From the IMG/VR virus record IMGVR_UViG_3300024310_000024, positions 1 through 30,552 of that record: a stretch of 30,552 bases of DNA. One strand, given 5' to 3'. The stretch comes from a virus. Lineage: Duplodnaviria; Caudoviricetes. Numbering within the stretch: position 1 is the first letter of the stretch; every line of letters begins with the position of its first letter. Both the position numbers and the translations under genes were made by a program. Positions 1 through 8,605 of the stretch are shown piece after piece. Under the pieces are notes generated by a model. The model saw only the letters and a program-made list of their open reading frames with translations, ran no database searches and had not been told where the DNA came from.

Positions 1-72
1 GATACGCATACGCTTCGCACCAAGGAGGCGGTTGACATGTATATCGACTATTTAAAGAGGTGGGCGGAATGA
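1..72 (+). CDS. 3' end of probable VRR-NUC nuclease (partial)
   Basis: Frame 1 reads DTHTLRTKEAVDMYIDYLKRWAE*, resembling a VRR-NUC C-terminal helix. VRR-NUC genes commonly precede SNF2 helicases in phages. Confidence 0.5.
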   Translation, partial: DTHTLRTKEAVDMYIDYLKRWAE

Positions 73-152
73 GCGGACTGTCAATTGTTATTCTGTGTTG
101 GGGTATTGCGATTCTGTCTTTCGCTTGTGGATGGGGCCTGCGTCCGCGATGA
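69..152 (+). CDS. 27-aa hydrophobic micropeptide
   Basis: MSGLSIVILCWGIAILSFACGWGLRPR; ATGA overlaps with both neighbours; AAGAGG upstream. Confidence 0.55.
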   Translation: MSGLSIVILCWGIAILSFACGWGLRPR

Positions 153-1519
153 AACTAAGACCGTATCAGGAAATCATTCGTGATTTCATCTTGGAAAAGG
201 AGCGATGCAATGCCTTTGTCCCAATGGGCCTCGGTAAAACGGTCAGCACCATTAAGGCGTTGGAGACCCTGGCCCTGGTCGATGACGCCCCGACGCTTGT
301 ACTGGCACCGCTGCGCGTTGCGCAAAGCACCTGGCCTGATGAAGCAAAGAAGTGGTCTTCGCCGCTGTCTGTTACGCCGATTGTTGGATCTGCGGGGGCT
401 AGAGCGCAAGCGCTTCGTGAAGATTCTCAAATCTTCACCATGAATTACGAGAACGTACCGTGGTTAGTGGACTGGTTCAAGTACAACCCCCGCCCCTGGC
501 CCTTCAAAACGATAGTGGCGGACGAGGTAACGAAACTCAAAGGCTTCCGCACGCGCCAGGGTACGAAGCGCGCCAAGGCGCTCGCGGAAGTTGCACACAA
601 AAAGGTGGACAGATGGATCGGATTAACGGGTACACCTGCGCCGAATGGTTTGAAAGATCTTTGGGGGCCGATGTGGTTCGTGGATGGGGGCCAGAGACTT
701 GGAAAATCGTTCTCAGCCTTTTCCCAACGGTGGTTTCGTACGAGCTACGATGGTTTTGGGCTAGAGCCGATGGAGCACGCACAGAAGGAGATGCAGAGTC
801 TCATATCCGACGTGTGCTTATCGCTGGATGCGAAGGACTACTTCAATCTCTCCGAACCGATCCGCAACCGGATAGTTGTGGATCTGCCTTACAAGGCGCG
901 GCAGATGTACCGGGATATGGAAAAGAAGATGTTCCTGGAACTGGAGGGGCATCTTGGGCCCACGGAGATCGAAGCGCTGAACGCGGCCAGCAAGACGCAG
1001 AAGTGTCTCCAGCTGGCAGCAGGCGCGATCTATACCGATGACCAACGCAACTGGCAGGAGGTGCATGATGCAAAGATCCAGGCTCTTGACGACATCATTG
1101 AAGAGGCGAATGGTGCTCCGGTACTGGTCGCTTATCATTTCAAGCATGATCTTGCTCGCCTTACTGCCGCTTTTCCTCGCGGCAGGGTTCTGGACAGTGA
1201 TCCAGAAACTATCAGGGCTTGGAACGCTGGGAAAATTCCTGTTCTTTTCGCTCATCCTGCTAGTGCCGGTCACGGTCTTAATCTTCAGGATGGCGGAAAT
1301 ATACTCGTTTTCTTCTCTGTCAACTGGTCGCTAGAAGAGCACCAGCAGATTATCGAACGCATCGGCCCGACACGCCAGATGCAGGCAGGACATGATAGAC
1401 CGGTATTTATTCATTACATTCTGGCAAACGATACAGTGGACTTTGACGTACTTGAACGTCTTGAGAGCAAGAAGACGGTTCAGGAAATTCTGATGCAGGC
1501 TATGAAGCGAAGGAGATAG
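149..1519 (+). CDS. SNF2-family (SF2) DNA helicase
   Basis: LRPYQ Q-motif, Walker A PMGLGKT, Walker B IVADEV, motif III LTGTP, GHGLNLQ and QIIERIG. Start placed at ATG 149 (MKLRPYQ). Confidence 0.92.
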   Translation: MKLRPYQEIIRDFILEKERCNAFVPMGLGKTVSTIKALETLALVDDAPTLVLAPLRVAQSTWPDEAKKWSSPLSVTPIVGSAGARAQALREDSQIFTMNYENVPWLVDWFKYNPRPWPFKTIVADEVTKLKGFRTRQGTKRAKALAEVAHKKVDRWIGLTGTPAPNGLKDLWGPMWFVDGGQRLGKSFSAFSQRWFRTSYDGFGLEPMEHAQKEMQSLISDVCLSLDAKDYFNLSEPIRNRIVVDLPYKARQMYRDMEKKMFLELEGHLGPTEIEALNAASKTQKCLQLAAGAIYTDDQRNWQEVHDAKIQALDDIIEEANGAPVLVAYHFKHDLARLTAAFPRGRVLDSDPETIRAWNAGKIPVLFAHPASAGHGLNLQDGGNILVFFSVNWSLEEHQQIIERIGPTRQMQAGHDRPVFIHYILANDTVDFDVLERLESKKTVQEILMQAMKRRR

Positions 1520-1521
1520 AA

Positions 1522-1884
1522 ATGGTGACTTTAGCGACGACAGAAACGATGTGGACCGAAAGCCGGATTCATGAGTTGGAGACGCGCTTGCAAGCTCTAG
1601 AAAAGATGCGGGCTATGGAACACATTCAGGCGTTGGCTCTTCGACTGGCGCATCTGGAACGACTCGTCCAGTATCCGAACACGATAAAGCATCCGGCAGA
1701 CCTTAAGGGCTGCGCTGCACAAATGGAAGCGACGCAGAACCTCTACGCACCTTTGCGCAGCGACACGCGAGCCGTGATCGACCTGGCAGCGTTCGCGCGC
1801 CGCCTGATCGACATGCAGGACCTCGGCCACGCGGTAACGGATGAGGTACGGGAACTTGCGAAACGGGCTTTGGGGTTGAAATGA
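1522..1884 (+). CDS. Hypothetical protein (coiled-coil N-terminus)
   Basis: 120-aa ORF with AGGAG RBS and an ATGA overlap with the next gene. Confidence 0.7.
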   Translation: MVTLATTETMWTESRIHELETRLQALEKMRAMEHIQALALRLAHLERLVQYPNTIKHPADLKGCAAQMEATQNLYAPLRSDTRAVIDLAAFARRLIDMQDLGHAVTDEVRELAKRALGLK

Positions 1885-2693
1885 AGCTTTACAGCACAAC
1901 CGACATCGCGGCATCGGTCATTAAAGCGTACGAGACGTTCACGCACGTCGTTCTGAATCGCGGGTACACGATCTTGAAACCCGTCTACTTCAAGACGGCC
2001 ACGCTCGACGGATTGCCCGTCTTGCAGTACGCCAGCTGGATACCTGCTTCCGCGCCTCAGCTGAAGCGCTGGACGAACCTGGGCGGCATCCTGATTGAAC
2101 AGGACACGCACCCGGCGGACAGCTTCCCGAAGGCGGATGTAACGGTCATGGTCGAGGCGCCCTACGACATGGACCGTCTGAAGAAGTGCAACTGGCGCAA
2201 CAATGAGTATGGCGTGATTCCGAACCCCGTATCGTGGTCCACGCATGAGGAATGCATCGACTTACGCTTCCCGACTTCGGAACTGTTACGCGGGATCTGG
2301 ACCGTTGCCAACGGCCAGCCGTTCACGAATAGCGAACTGGCGACGGAAACCGGGATTCCGGTTAGCCAGTTGCAGTACATCAAAAATTCGCTTCACCCGG
2401 TCGAGCATTGGTACATCCAGAAGCGCCTCGCGCCGGAGCGCGAAGAGATGCTGCCCGCGTGGGAGTGGCTGGAGGCGGGCACGGTGTCGAAGTGGAAAAT
2501 CATCGAATCCGGCCACAAGTCAATGATTGAGGAGCTGGGGAAGTTCGGGTACATCAACCTGAAGCGCTACCAGCATTACCCGGCTGAAGAGCCGGATTGG
2601 GCAGTCGTAGACCGCAAGCGGCAACGCGCGCTTAGCGATCTGGCGTCTGTTCGATCGTTAGTGGAGTCACTTCCCGATCATCTCGCAACGTGA
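1881..2693 (+). CDS. Hypothetical protein with central HTH-like motif (possible regulator)
   Basis: 270-aa ORF with phage-like codon use; FTNSELATETGIPVSQLQYIKNSL resembles an HTH. Confidence 0.7.
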   Translation: MKLYSTTDIAASVIKAYETFTHVVLNRGYTILKPVYFKTATLDGLPVLQYASWIPASAPQLKRWTNLGGILIEQDTHPADSFPKADVTVMVEAPYDMDRLKKCNWRNNEYGVIPNPVSWSTHEECIDLRFPTSELLRGIWTVANGQPFTNSELATETGIPVSQLQYIKNSLHPVEHWYIQKRLAPEREEMLPAWEWLEAGTVSKWKIIESGHKSMIEELGKFGYINLKRYQHYPAEEPDWAVVDRKRQRALSDLASVRSLVESLPDHLAT

Positions 2694-3165
2694 TGACGGT
2701 TTGCCGTATCTCTTTAATTCGAGGGGCATTAGCATGATAGAGAGCATTGAGTTCAGCCAGGGCGTTCTCCGTCTCACTGTTGCCAGCACTCGCCCCCGTT
2801 TTCCCGGTGAGCGCGAGTGCCGCATCGAGCTTAACTTTGGCGAGCGCGGCACTGTCACCGAACTCCATGGTGGCGAGCTTGTGAACTTCATTTATCCCGT
2901 CTACCCGGAAGGCGCGCATGAGATCCGCAACCTGGTTCTCGAACTGCTCAGCACTCATGCGCGAGTAAGCCGGATCGACCTTTACTGTTTCTATGGCGCC
3001 AGCGAAGGACTGGAGGGCAGCACTGCGACGGATGAAGATGTCAAGCTCGCGCGGGGTACAGTCTAGCGCGCACGCGGCCAGGAAGATGTCCCCCTTGGCT
3101 TCTGTCAGCGCGGTCTTGATTGACTGTTCGGAAATCAGGCCGCTCTTTCGCGCTCTGCTGGTCAT
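2632..3165 (-). CDS. HTH protein, candidate small terminase subunit
   Basis: N-terminal Fis-like HTH (IKTALTEAKGDIFLAACALDCTPRELDIFIRR), helical middle, beta-like C-terminal tail; ATGA-coupled to the upstream gene. TerS function is inferred. Confidence 0.55.
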   Translation of the reverse strand: MTSRARKSGLISEQSIKTALTEAKGDIFLAACALDCTPRELDIFIRRSAALQSFAGAIETVKVDPAYSRMSAEQFENQVADLMRAFRVDGINEVHKLATMEFGDSAALAKVKLDAALALTGKTGASAGNSETENALAELNALYHANAPRIKEIRQTVITLRDDREVTPLTIEQTPDR

Positions 3166-3314
3166 TTCTTCGTCCGCCGTTCAGGAAGTCGTTTCAGGGA
3201 TTTGCCGTGTTGCTCTTCCACGAATTTCTTGCCAACCTTGGCAGGCACCTTGGAAGACTTGCCCGCCGCTGCCGCGTGCATAAGTCGGCTTTGCGCTTTC
3301 GATTTCATTGGCAT
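3162..3314 (-). CDS. 50-aa basic protein (MPMKSKAQSRLMHAAA type)
   Basis: Not in the ORF track: MPMKSKAQSRLMHAAAAGKSSKVPAKVGKKFVEEQHGKSLKRLPERRTKK. GGAG RBS; ATGA overlap with the 3165 start. Resembles small MPxKSKAQxRxM proteins of phage late regions. Confidence 0.75.
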   Translation of the reverse strand: MPMKSKAQSRLMHAAAAGKSSKVPAKVGKKFVEEQHGKSLKRLPERRTKK

Positions 3315-3389
3315 TTTTTATCACTCCAAAGTCACAACTGCATTTAGAGGCGTCATAACCGCATTGTCCACAATCTGCCATGACAAATC

Positions 3390-4733
3390 CTAATATGAAA
3401 GACCTACCCCATACCCCAAACGTTGAAGATCCGGCAGTTGCTTCTTCAATCGGCCCGCTCCAATGTCTGTTCTGTAGAAAGGAGAATTGGGGATCTTTAC
3501 CTTCTTTATCGCACTGTAAGCACTGCGGCGAGCACCTGTTATCGTGTCGCCCAAGCCCGTTGCAATCAATACGTAATCGCCAGCAGTCACAGGACCCGGT
3601 AGCTCGACTACTTTCCCGTTTATTTCCCTGGGCGCGTCGCCGATCATGACTTCCGAGAAGTGAAGATGCTCCATATCTTCTGCATTGTAAATCGGTATGC
3701 CGCAAAGTTCCTTGTTCGTTATTTTCGAGTAAGGAAAGTCGGGCAGCGCCATCAGGACGGAGATGGAGACTACATCGGTCTTCACCTTCAGCGTGTCGCG
3801 CCCGTTCACAAGGTCGAGCATCCATTGGGCCTGATCACCCTCGATCAATGCGGTAAGGTTGTGGCGGATCGGCCAGCCGTCACGCATCGTCCACTCAAGC
3901 GGATAGGGGGTTCCATCGTGCGTTATCATGCAGTTCACATCAACGTAGCCGACGTACCCCACGCGATGGAGATGATCTGTAGCCGGCTTGAGTACCTGGT
4001 CAGCCAGTTTCGACTTCTTCACGACGCGCACAGTAGTGCCCATCTCGCCCGTATTAACGCCGAGATCGCCGTTCATCAGTTTCTTGTTCTCCCAGTTCTC
4101 AACCCATCCTGCTTTGGACCATCCAGCAGGCCCGAACCACCCGCCCACAGCCATTTCCATCCCGTCAATCTTCTCCTGGAGAATAAATCCGTCTTCTTTG
4201 GCCGATTTGACGTATTTCGGGACTGTTTTCCAGCGCTGAAGCATGTAGACCAGATCCGCCGCCGAGTTCGCAACATAGGACATTGCCCGCTCGCCGTCAC
4301 CGGACGGCTTGGAGACAAACGCTTTACCCTGCTTTTTTACGTAGGCGATAGCTGAATCGTAGTCGTGGAACGTCTTGCCATCGATGCACGGCATCCCACA
4401 ATCTTCCATGACCTTTTGGCCTACCTCGCGGTCCAGTTCCCATTCGACGGCATCGAGATTGCAGCCGAAGATCGGATAACCGATGCGCCGGAAGGGCTCT
4501 AGCAGGTCGAGGTAGTGCGTGTTGTCGGGCGTGTAGATGAGATCCGCCCATCCGATCCACTTCTTGCGAAGCTCGTTGAAGTCGCGGATCTTTGTAACGA
4601 ACCCTTCGCCCGCGTGGCGGTCGGTACCATCAGGACGCGGTTTGTCGTACCAGCGCACTTCATGGCCCTGCATCTGCCAGCGCATGCACAGGTCAAGCGC
4701 GTTGGAGCCAACGTCAATCACTAGTATTTTCAT
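3390..4733 (-). CDS. PurD (GARS)-like ATP-grasp ligase, divergent
   Basis: MKILVID start, GYPIFG..AVEWELDR, ILQEKIDGME, KKLMNGDLGVNTGEMG, LEWTMRDGWP and YRTDIG parallel PurD motifs. The PurD GGREH motif is missing. Start taken at ATG 4733. Confidence 0.85.
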   Translation of the reverse strand: MKILVIDVGSNALDLCMRWQMQGHEVRWYDKPRPDGTDRHAGEGFVTKIRDFNELRKKWIGWADLIYTPDNTHYLDLLEPFRRIGYPIFGCNLDAVEWELDREVGQKVMEDCGMPCIDGKTFHDYDSAIAYVKKQGKAFVSKPSGDGERAMSYVANSAADLVYMLQRWKTVPKYVKSAKEDGFILQEKIDGMEMAVGGWFGPAGWSKAGWVENWENKKLMNGDLGVNTGEMGTTVRVVKKSKLADQVLKPATDHLHRVGYVGYVDVNCMITHDGTPYPLEWTMRDGWPIRHNLTALIEGDQAQWMLDLVNGRDTLKVKTDVVSISVLMALPDFPYSKITNKELCGIPIYNAEDMEHLHFSEVMIGDAPREINGKVVELPGPVTAGDYVLIATGLGDTITGARRSAYSAIKKVKIPNSPFYRTDIGAGRLKKQLPDLQRLGYGVGLSY

Positions 4734-4752
4734 TTTGCATCTGCTATAGTGG
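4722..4752 (+). promoter_or_regulatory. Repeated phage promoter, copy 1
   Basis: TAGTAT-17 bp-TATAGT with an extended TG. Core TTTTGCAnYTGCTATAGTG is shared with the copies near 26970 and 27740. Confidence 0.65.
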
Positions 4753-4775
4753 TCGTAACAACCTGGGAGATCACC

Positions 4776-5021
4776 ATGAAACTCATCGCAATCGTAGCAC
4801 TGTTCGCCTGCACTTCCGCGCACGCCGTCTGCCTTGGCTCCTATCAGCAATGCAACGCTCAAACGCAACAGTATTACGGGCAGACATATCAGCAGTATGA
4901 GCAGAACCAGCAACAGCAGTGGAACCGCCCGCCGCTTCCGCCTCAACAATACCAGTACGAACCGCCCATGAACCAGAACGGCTTCGATCGGTACGGTCAC
5001 TATCACGCGGCAGGGTACTGA
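4776..5021 (+). CDS. Secreted Q/Y/N-rich small protein (moron-like)
   Basis: GGGAGA RBS; Sec signal MKLIAIVALFACTSAHA; mature part has a Cys pair and is Gln/Tyr-rich. Confidence 0.75.
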   Translation: MKLIAIVALFACTSAHAVCLGSYQQCNAQTQQYYGQTYQQYEQNQQQQWNRPPLPPQQYQYEPPMNQNGFDRYGHYHAAGY

Positions 5022-5113
5022 TGAACCTGAACCCGTGGCTGGATATCATTGCGGCGGTGATGGCAGTTGTGTGTTGGTGGTTGATGGACTCGCCTGATCA
5101 CGATCACCACTAA
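5021..5113 (+). CDS. 30-aa single-TM peptide
   Basis: MNLNPWLDIIAAVMAVVCWWLMDSPDHDHH; TGATG-coupled to the previous gene; overlaps the 3' end of the ejection gene on the other strand. Confidence 0.45.
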   Translation: MNLNPWLDIIAAVMAVVCWWLMDSPDHDHH

Positions 5114-7094
5114 CATTCCCGTACTGCGCGCGAAGCGCACCGACAGCGGCGGCTTGCGCCTTACCGTTTGTCGAGTTGTAGGCTGCGCGCAGCAAATCGC
5201 GGCCTTGCTGCGTTAGTAGCGCTTTCGAGGCAACGTAAGGCGTCACGACTGCGGCCACGGCGCCTAATGGATGCGTTACCGCCAGTGCGGGAATGCTGAG
5301 CATGTGCGCGGCGCCCGTCGTCTTCGACGGATTTGCGCCCGTCTTGTCGCCTGCCCGCGCCATCGTGTCTGTTACGTCCTTGATGTCTTTGATGTCCCGG
5401 TCCGAGAAGCCCATCTGCGACAGCTTGGGCACCACTTTATCCATCTCCTTGCGGAACTTGGCGAAGGAGATAGGCGGCGCGCCCGGCGCGTCGTTACGCG
5501 CCTGTTCCAGCCCGTTGCGCAGCACGAACGCTTTCGCATCCTGCAACACTTCAGGCGAATGCAACTGGAGGATGGCCGTAACCGCTTTCGCCTGGCTAGG
5601 ATCCATATTCAGATAGCGGCGCGCGATGGCCTCCGGCGCCTTGGTCGAACCCTGTACGCCTGTGAACGCGGCATCAGCCACGTCTTCGCCCAACAGCTTG
5701 CCGAGTGCCGATTTTTCCACGAACGTGAGCGATTGCGAAGCCTTCGCGTAATTCTGGTTCGCGGCCTTCAAAGCCTGAGCAATGGGCGTCTTCGCGGTGC
5801 TTGCGTCTTCGAAGTCCTTGTTGATCGCGCCGAAAAGTCGCTTCGCCAGAACCTGATTCGCATTCGGATCGATGTCCGAGAAGATGTTCCCCGTTCGGCG
5901 CGCGGCTTTCCCCCACGCGCTGCGCGTCTTCATCGCGTCGTCAATCGTATGCGTGGCCGTGCCAGTAACCGACGGCGCGGCAGGGATTAGCGGCTTACCG
6001 GATGGGCCAAGGATGGACGAAGCCGGCGCACCTGGCGTCGTAGTCGTCAGGGCGTCCTTGATTTCTTGCGCCTGCTTTGCCACCTTGCGCGCGTCGGCGG
6101 ACGGCACGTTAGCGTTCTCTGCAATGATCTTGTCGAGCGTCGCCATCGTGTTTTTATAACCGATGACGGGGTTGCTCCCGGCCAGTTTTCGGACTTCGCC
6201 GTAATCGCGATTCGCGGTCGTTTCGCGCAAGGAGTCGATCTTGTCTACGGTGTTCTTGTACGCCTGCCGCAACTTCTCGCCGATGTTCGTGGCGAGCGCT
6301 TCCCCCGGCACACCTTGCGGCGCGCTGATCTGGTCTGCCAACTGGTTGATGCGGTTCACGCCCGCCTCTACCTGCTTCAGTTCGTCGGCGTGCGCGGTTC
6401 CGGCGGACGGGAACAGTTCGCGCAAACGGTTCTCACTGAATACGAGGCTCTTGCTCCCCGTCTCCTGCCCGAGGGTAAGAGGAATGCCGGAAGCTTGCGA
6501 TGCGCGCGCGGCTTCCGATGGGGGTTTCGGGATGCCGCGCTCTGCGCCCGCCATACCGCCAAGTCCGCCACCGAGTACCGTGCCCGCGATTTGCCCCGGC
6601 GTGCCGCCGATCTGGCGTCCGATTTCACCGCCCACCCCGCCGCCCACGGCTGCGCCGAGACGCGGCAGTGCTCTCGCGCCGCCCCCTGGAAGGACAGCCG
6701 AAGGCGCCGCCTCAAGACCGGCAGCAACTACACGTTGCGTCGGCGTGCGCGGTTCCGCGCTAGGACCAATCGAACCGATCTGTGTAAGCTTCTGCTTGAT
6801 CCATTCCGAACCGCCAATTGGGGCTTGGGTTTCCTTCAGTCCTGCACCGAAGAGGTTGGCGACGCCCTTCACGCCTTCGATAGCCGAACTGGCCAGATCC
6901 ACCGGCAGGCCCGCCACATCCGCGACGCCTTCGCTGATGTTGCCGCCGATGAACGCGCCCATGTTCTGTTTCGGCTGCGTCGGAGCGGCGGGCGAGTTCA
7001 ACTGCGAAAGCAGGTTCACGTCCGCCACTTCCTTGCCGCCGGGAGTGCCGCCGTTAAGCTGCGCCAGAAGTGCCGGATCGGTGACTTCTCTCAT
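5046..7094 (-). CDS. Internal virion/DNA ejection protein (large)
   Basis: 682 aa, Ala/Gly-rich and helical, with a Gly-rich hydrophobic segment; third of three such genes. Start 7094 chosen from the ATGA overlap. Confidence 0.7.
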   Translation of the reverse strand: MREVTDPALLAQLNGGTPGGKEVADVNLLSQLNSPAAPTQPKQNMGAFIGGNISEGVADVAGLPVDLASSAIEGVKGVANLFGAGLKETQAPIGGSEWIKQKLTQIGSIGPSAEPRTPTQRVVAAGLEAAPSAVLPGGGARALPRLGAAVGGGVGGEIGRQIGGTPGQIAGTVLGGGLGGMAGAERGIPKPPSEAARASQASGIPLTLGQETGSKSLVFSENRLRELFPSAGTAHADELKQVEAGVNRINQLADQISAPQGVPGEALATNIGEKLRQAYKNTVDKIDSLRETTANRDYGEVRKLAGSNPVIGYKNTMATLDKIIAENANVPSADARKVAKQAQEIKDALTTTTPGAPASSILGPSGKPLIPAAPSVTGTATHTIDDAMKTRSAWGKAARRTGNIFSDIDPNANQVLAKRLFGAINKDFEDASTAKTPIAQALKAANQNYAKASQSLTFVEKSALGKLLGEDVADAAFTGVQGSTKAPEAIARRYLNMDPSQAKAVTAILQLHSPEVLQDAKAFVLRNGLEQARNDAPGAPPISFAKFRKEMDKVVPKLSQMGFSDRDIKDIKDVTDTMARAGDKTGANPSKTTGAAHMLSIPALAVTHPLGAVAAVVTPYVASKALLTQQGRDLLRAAYNSTNGKAQAAAVGALRAQYGNVSGDRDQASPSTTNTQLPSPPQ

Positions 7095-8596
7095 TGTTCG
7101 TACCATTTACCGTTCTGTTGGACGTAGGTCTTGCCGCCGATGACTTTCGTTTCCGGCGCCCCGCCTGCCGCAGGCTTCGAACCGCCCGCAATCCGCGCGC
7201 GCTGCTGCGCCTGAATGTGCCCCGGCGCGCTGAGTGCTGCCGTCATTTCCCGCTTGGCCTGGTCCATACTCGCCGCGAACGCTTCCGGGGACTGATTCAT
7301 GTCGAACAGTTCGTCGGCGTGCTGCTTGTCGTGAACTGTGGGCGCGCCTGTCGGGCTGATCGCGCGTGAATAGGTGTTGCGGAAGCCCTGTATGGCGACG
7401 TTAAAGCGCGACACCGCAGGATCGCCACCCTGTTTGCGCAAGGCGTTTAGCCCCGCGTTAATCGTAGGCGAATTCGTCCGTGCGATCTGCTTCGACACGT
7501 CGAGCGCCTGATCTGCCAGGGTGTTCGCCTCATCTGCTGCCTGTGCTTGCTTGGCGCCTGAGACGTAGCTTGAACGTGCTGCCGCCTTCTCACCCTGGAA
7601 CGCGACATTACCCGCCGCAATGTCCGCGCCGCCCTTGCCTTCACCCTTCGCCAGTTCCGCCACGCGTTTGCGGATCGCAACGATGTTCTGCGCGCCCTGC
7701 ACCCCGCGCCCAAGGTTCTGATAGACGGACGTGTCCCCCGCCAGTGCTTGCTGGGCGAGGATATCCACTGTTTCCTTGTCCAGCTTGCCGTCAGGATCGG
7801 CGGCATGCTTTGCCTTCGCTTCCTGAATGCGGAACGCCATCATTTCGCGCTGCATGCCGAGCGAATCCAGATGCGCCTGCTGCCGCTCCTGAATTCCGAG
7901 TCGTCGGTCTTCCGACGCCTGCTTCGCGGCGTCAATGCGCGCCTGCAACGATTCCCGTTGAACGCCCAGTTGCTGGACTTTCAATTCCTGATTGAACTGC
8001 TGTTGCAGTTGCGCGGCCTGTGCTTTCGATGCCGAATCGAGAACCGGAGTCAGTTGTTGCAGTCCAGCCATCAGGTCGGCGCCAGACAGGCCCTGATCCT
8101 GAAGCACCTTAACCGCGCCCTGAAGCGTCAGCGGTCCGCCGCCCTGTTGTGGCGCGGTTGCCGCAGCCTGTGCCGGCGGCGCAGGGATCGCGCCTTGCGG
8201 AGCCATCGACTGCGGCGGCGTGGTCGGCATCGGGCGGAAAGGCGGGATAGGCTGTTGCTGCCCCTGCGCGCCTTGCGGAATACCGCCAGGGGGCAACGGG
8301 GGTTGCGCGCCACCCGGCGCCGCACCTTGCGGTTGCTGCATAGGCTGCGACGCCTGGCCCGGTGCGGGGGGCTGTGGGGGAGGCGGAAATTGCGGTTGCT
8401 GCGCCGGCATCCCGCCTTGCAGGAGTTGAGGCAAAGCGTTACCCGCTGCCGCCTGCGCGGCCTGCTGGCGTTGCCGGTCCTGCTGCGCCTGCTGGAACAT
8501 CTGCAACTGCATTTGCTGTTGCTGCTTTGCCTGTTCCTGCTGCTGCAACTGTCCTTGATACTGGATGAAGTAGGGAAGCCCCGCGAGTCCTGCCAT
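7091..8596 (-). CDS. Internal virion/DNA ejection protein (Q/P-rich)
   Basis: 501 aa; Gln/Pro low-complexity N-terminal half, coiled coil, C-terminal TKVIGGKTYVQQNGKWYE motif. Confidence 0.7.
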   Translation of the reverse strand: MAGLAGLPYFIQYQGQLQQQEQAKQQQQMQLQMFQQAQQDRQRQQAAQAAAGNALPQLLQGGMPAQQPQFPPPPQPPAPGQASQPMQQPQGAAPGGAQPPLPPGGIPQGAQGQQQPIPPFRPMPTTPPQSMAPQGAIPAPPAQAAATAPQQGGGPLTLQGAVKVLQDQGLSGADLMAGLQQLTPVLDSASKAQAAQLQQQFNQELKVQQLGVQRESLQARIDAAKQASEDRRLGIQERQQAHLDSLGMQREMMAFRIQEAKAKHAADPDGKLDKETVDILAQQALAGDTSVYQNLGRGVQGAQNIVAIRKRVAELAKGEGKGGADIAAGNVAFQGEKAAARSSYVSGAKQAQAADEANTLADQALDVSKQIARTNSPTINAGLNALRKQGGDPAVSRFNVAIQGFRNTYSRAISPTGAPTVHDKQHADELFDMNQSPEAFAASMDQAKREMTAALSAPGHIQAQQRARIAGGSKPAAGGAPETKVIGGKTYVQQNGKWYEQ

Positions 8597-8605
8597 GATG
8601 CCTCC

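Noticed and set aside
2701-3066. 121-aa + strand ORF after the HTH-like gene
   Set aside because: Lies wholly opposite the coupled minus-strand gene 2632-3165, has a TTG start and shows no motif.
3181-3381. Cys-rich 66-aa minus-strand ORF MADCGQCGYDASKCSC
   Set aside because: Overlaps the better supported 50-aa ORF 3162-3314 in another frame; not fully excluded because it has a weak AGGA RBS.
4734-5006. 91-aa N-terminal extension of the ATP-grasp ORF with an apparent hydrophobic stretch
   Set aside because: It is the antisense reading of the Gln-rich moron gene (CAG read as CTG); PurD similarity begins at MKILVID.
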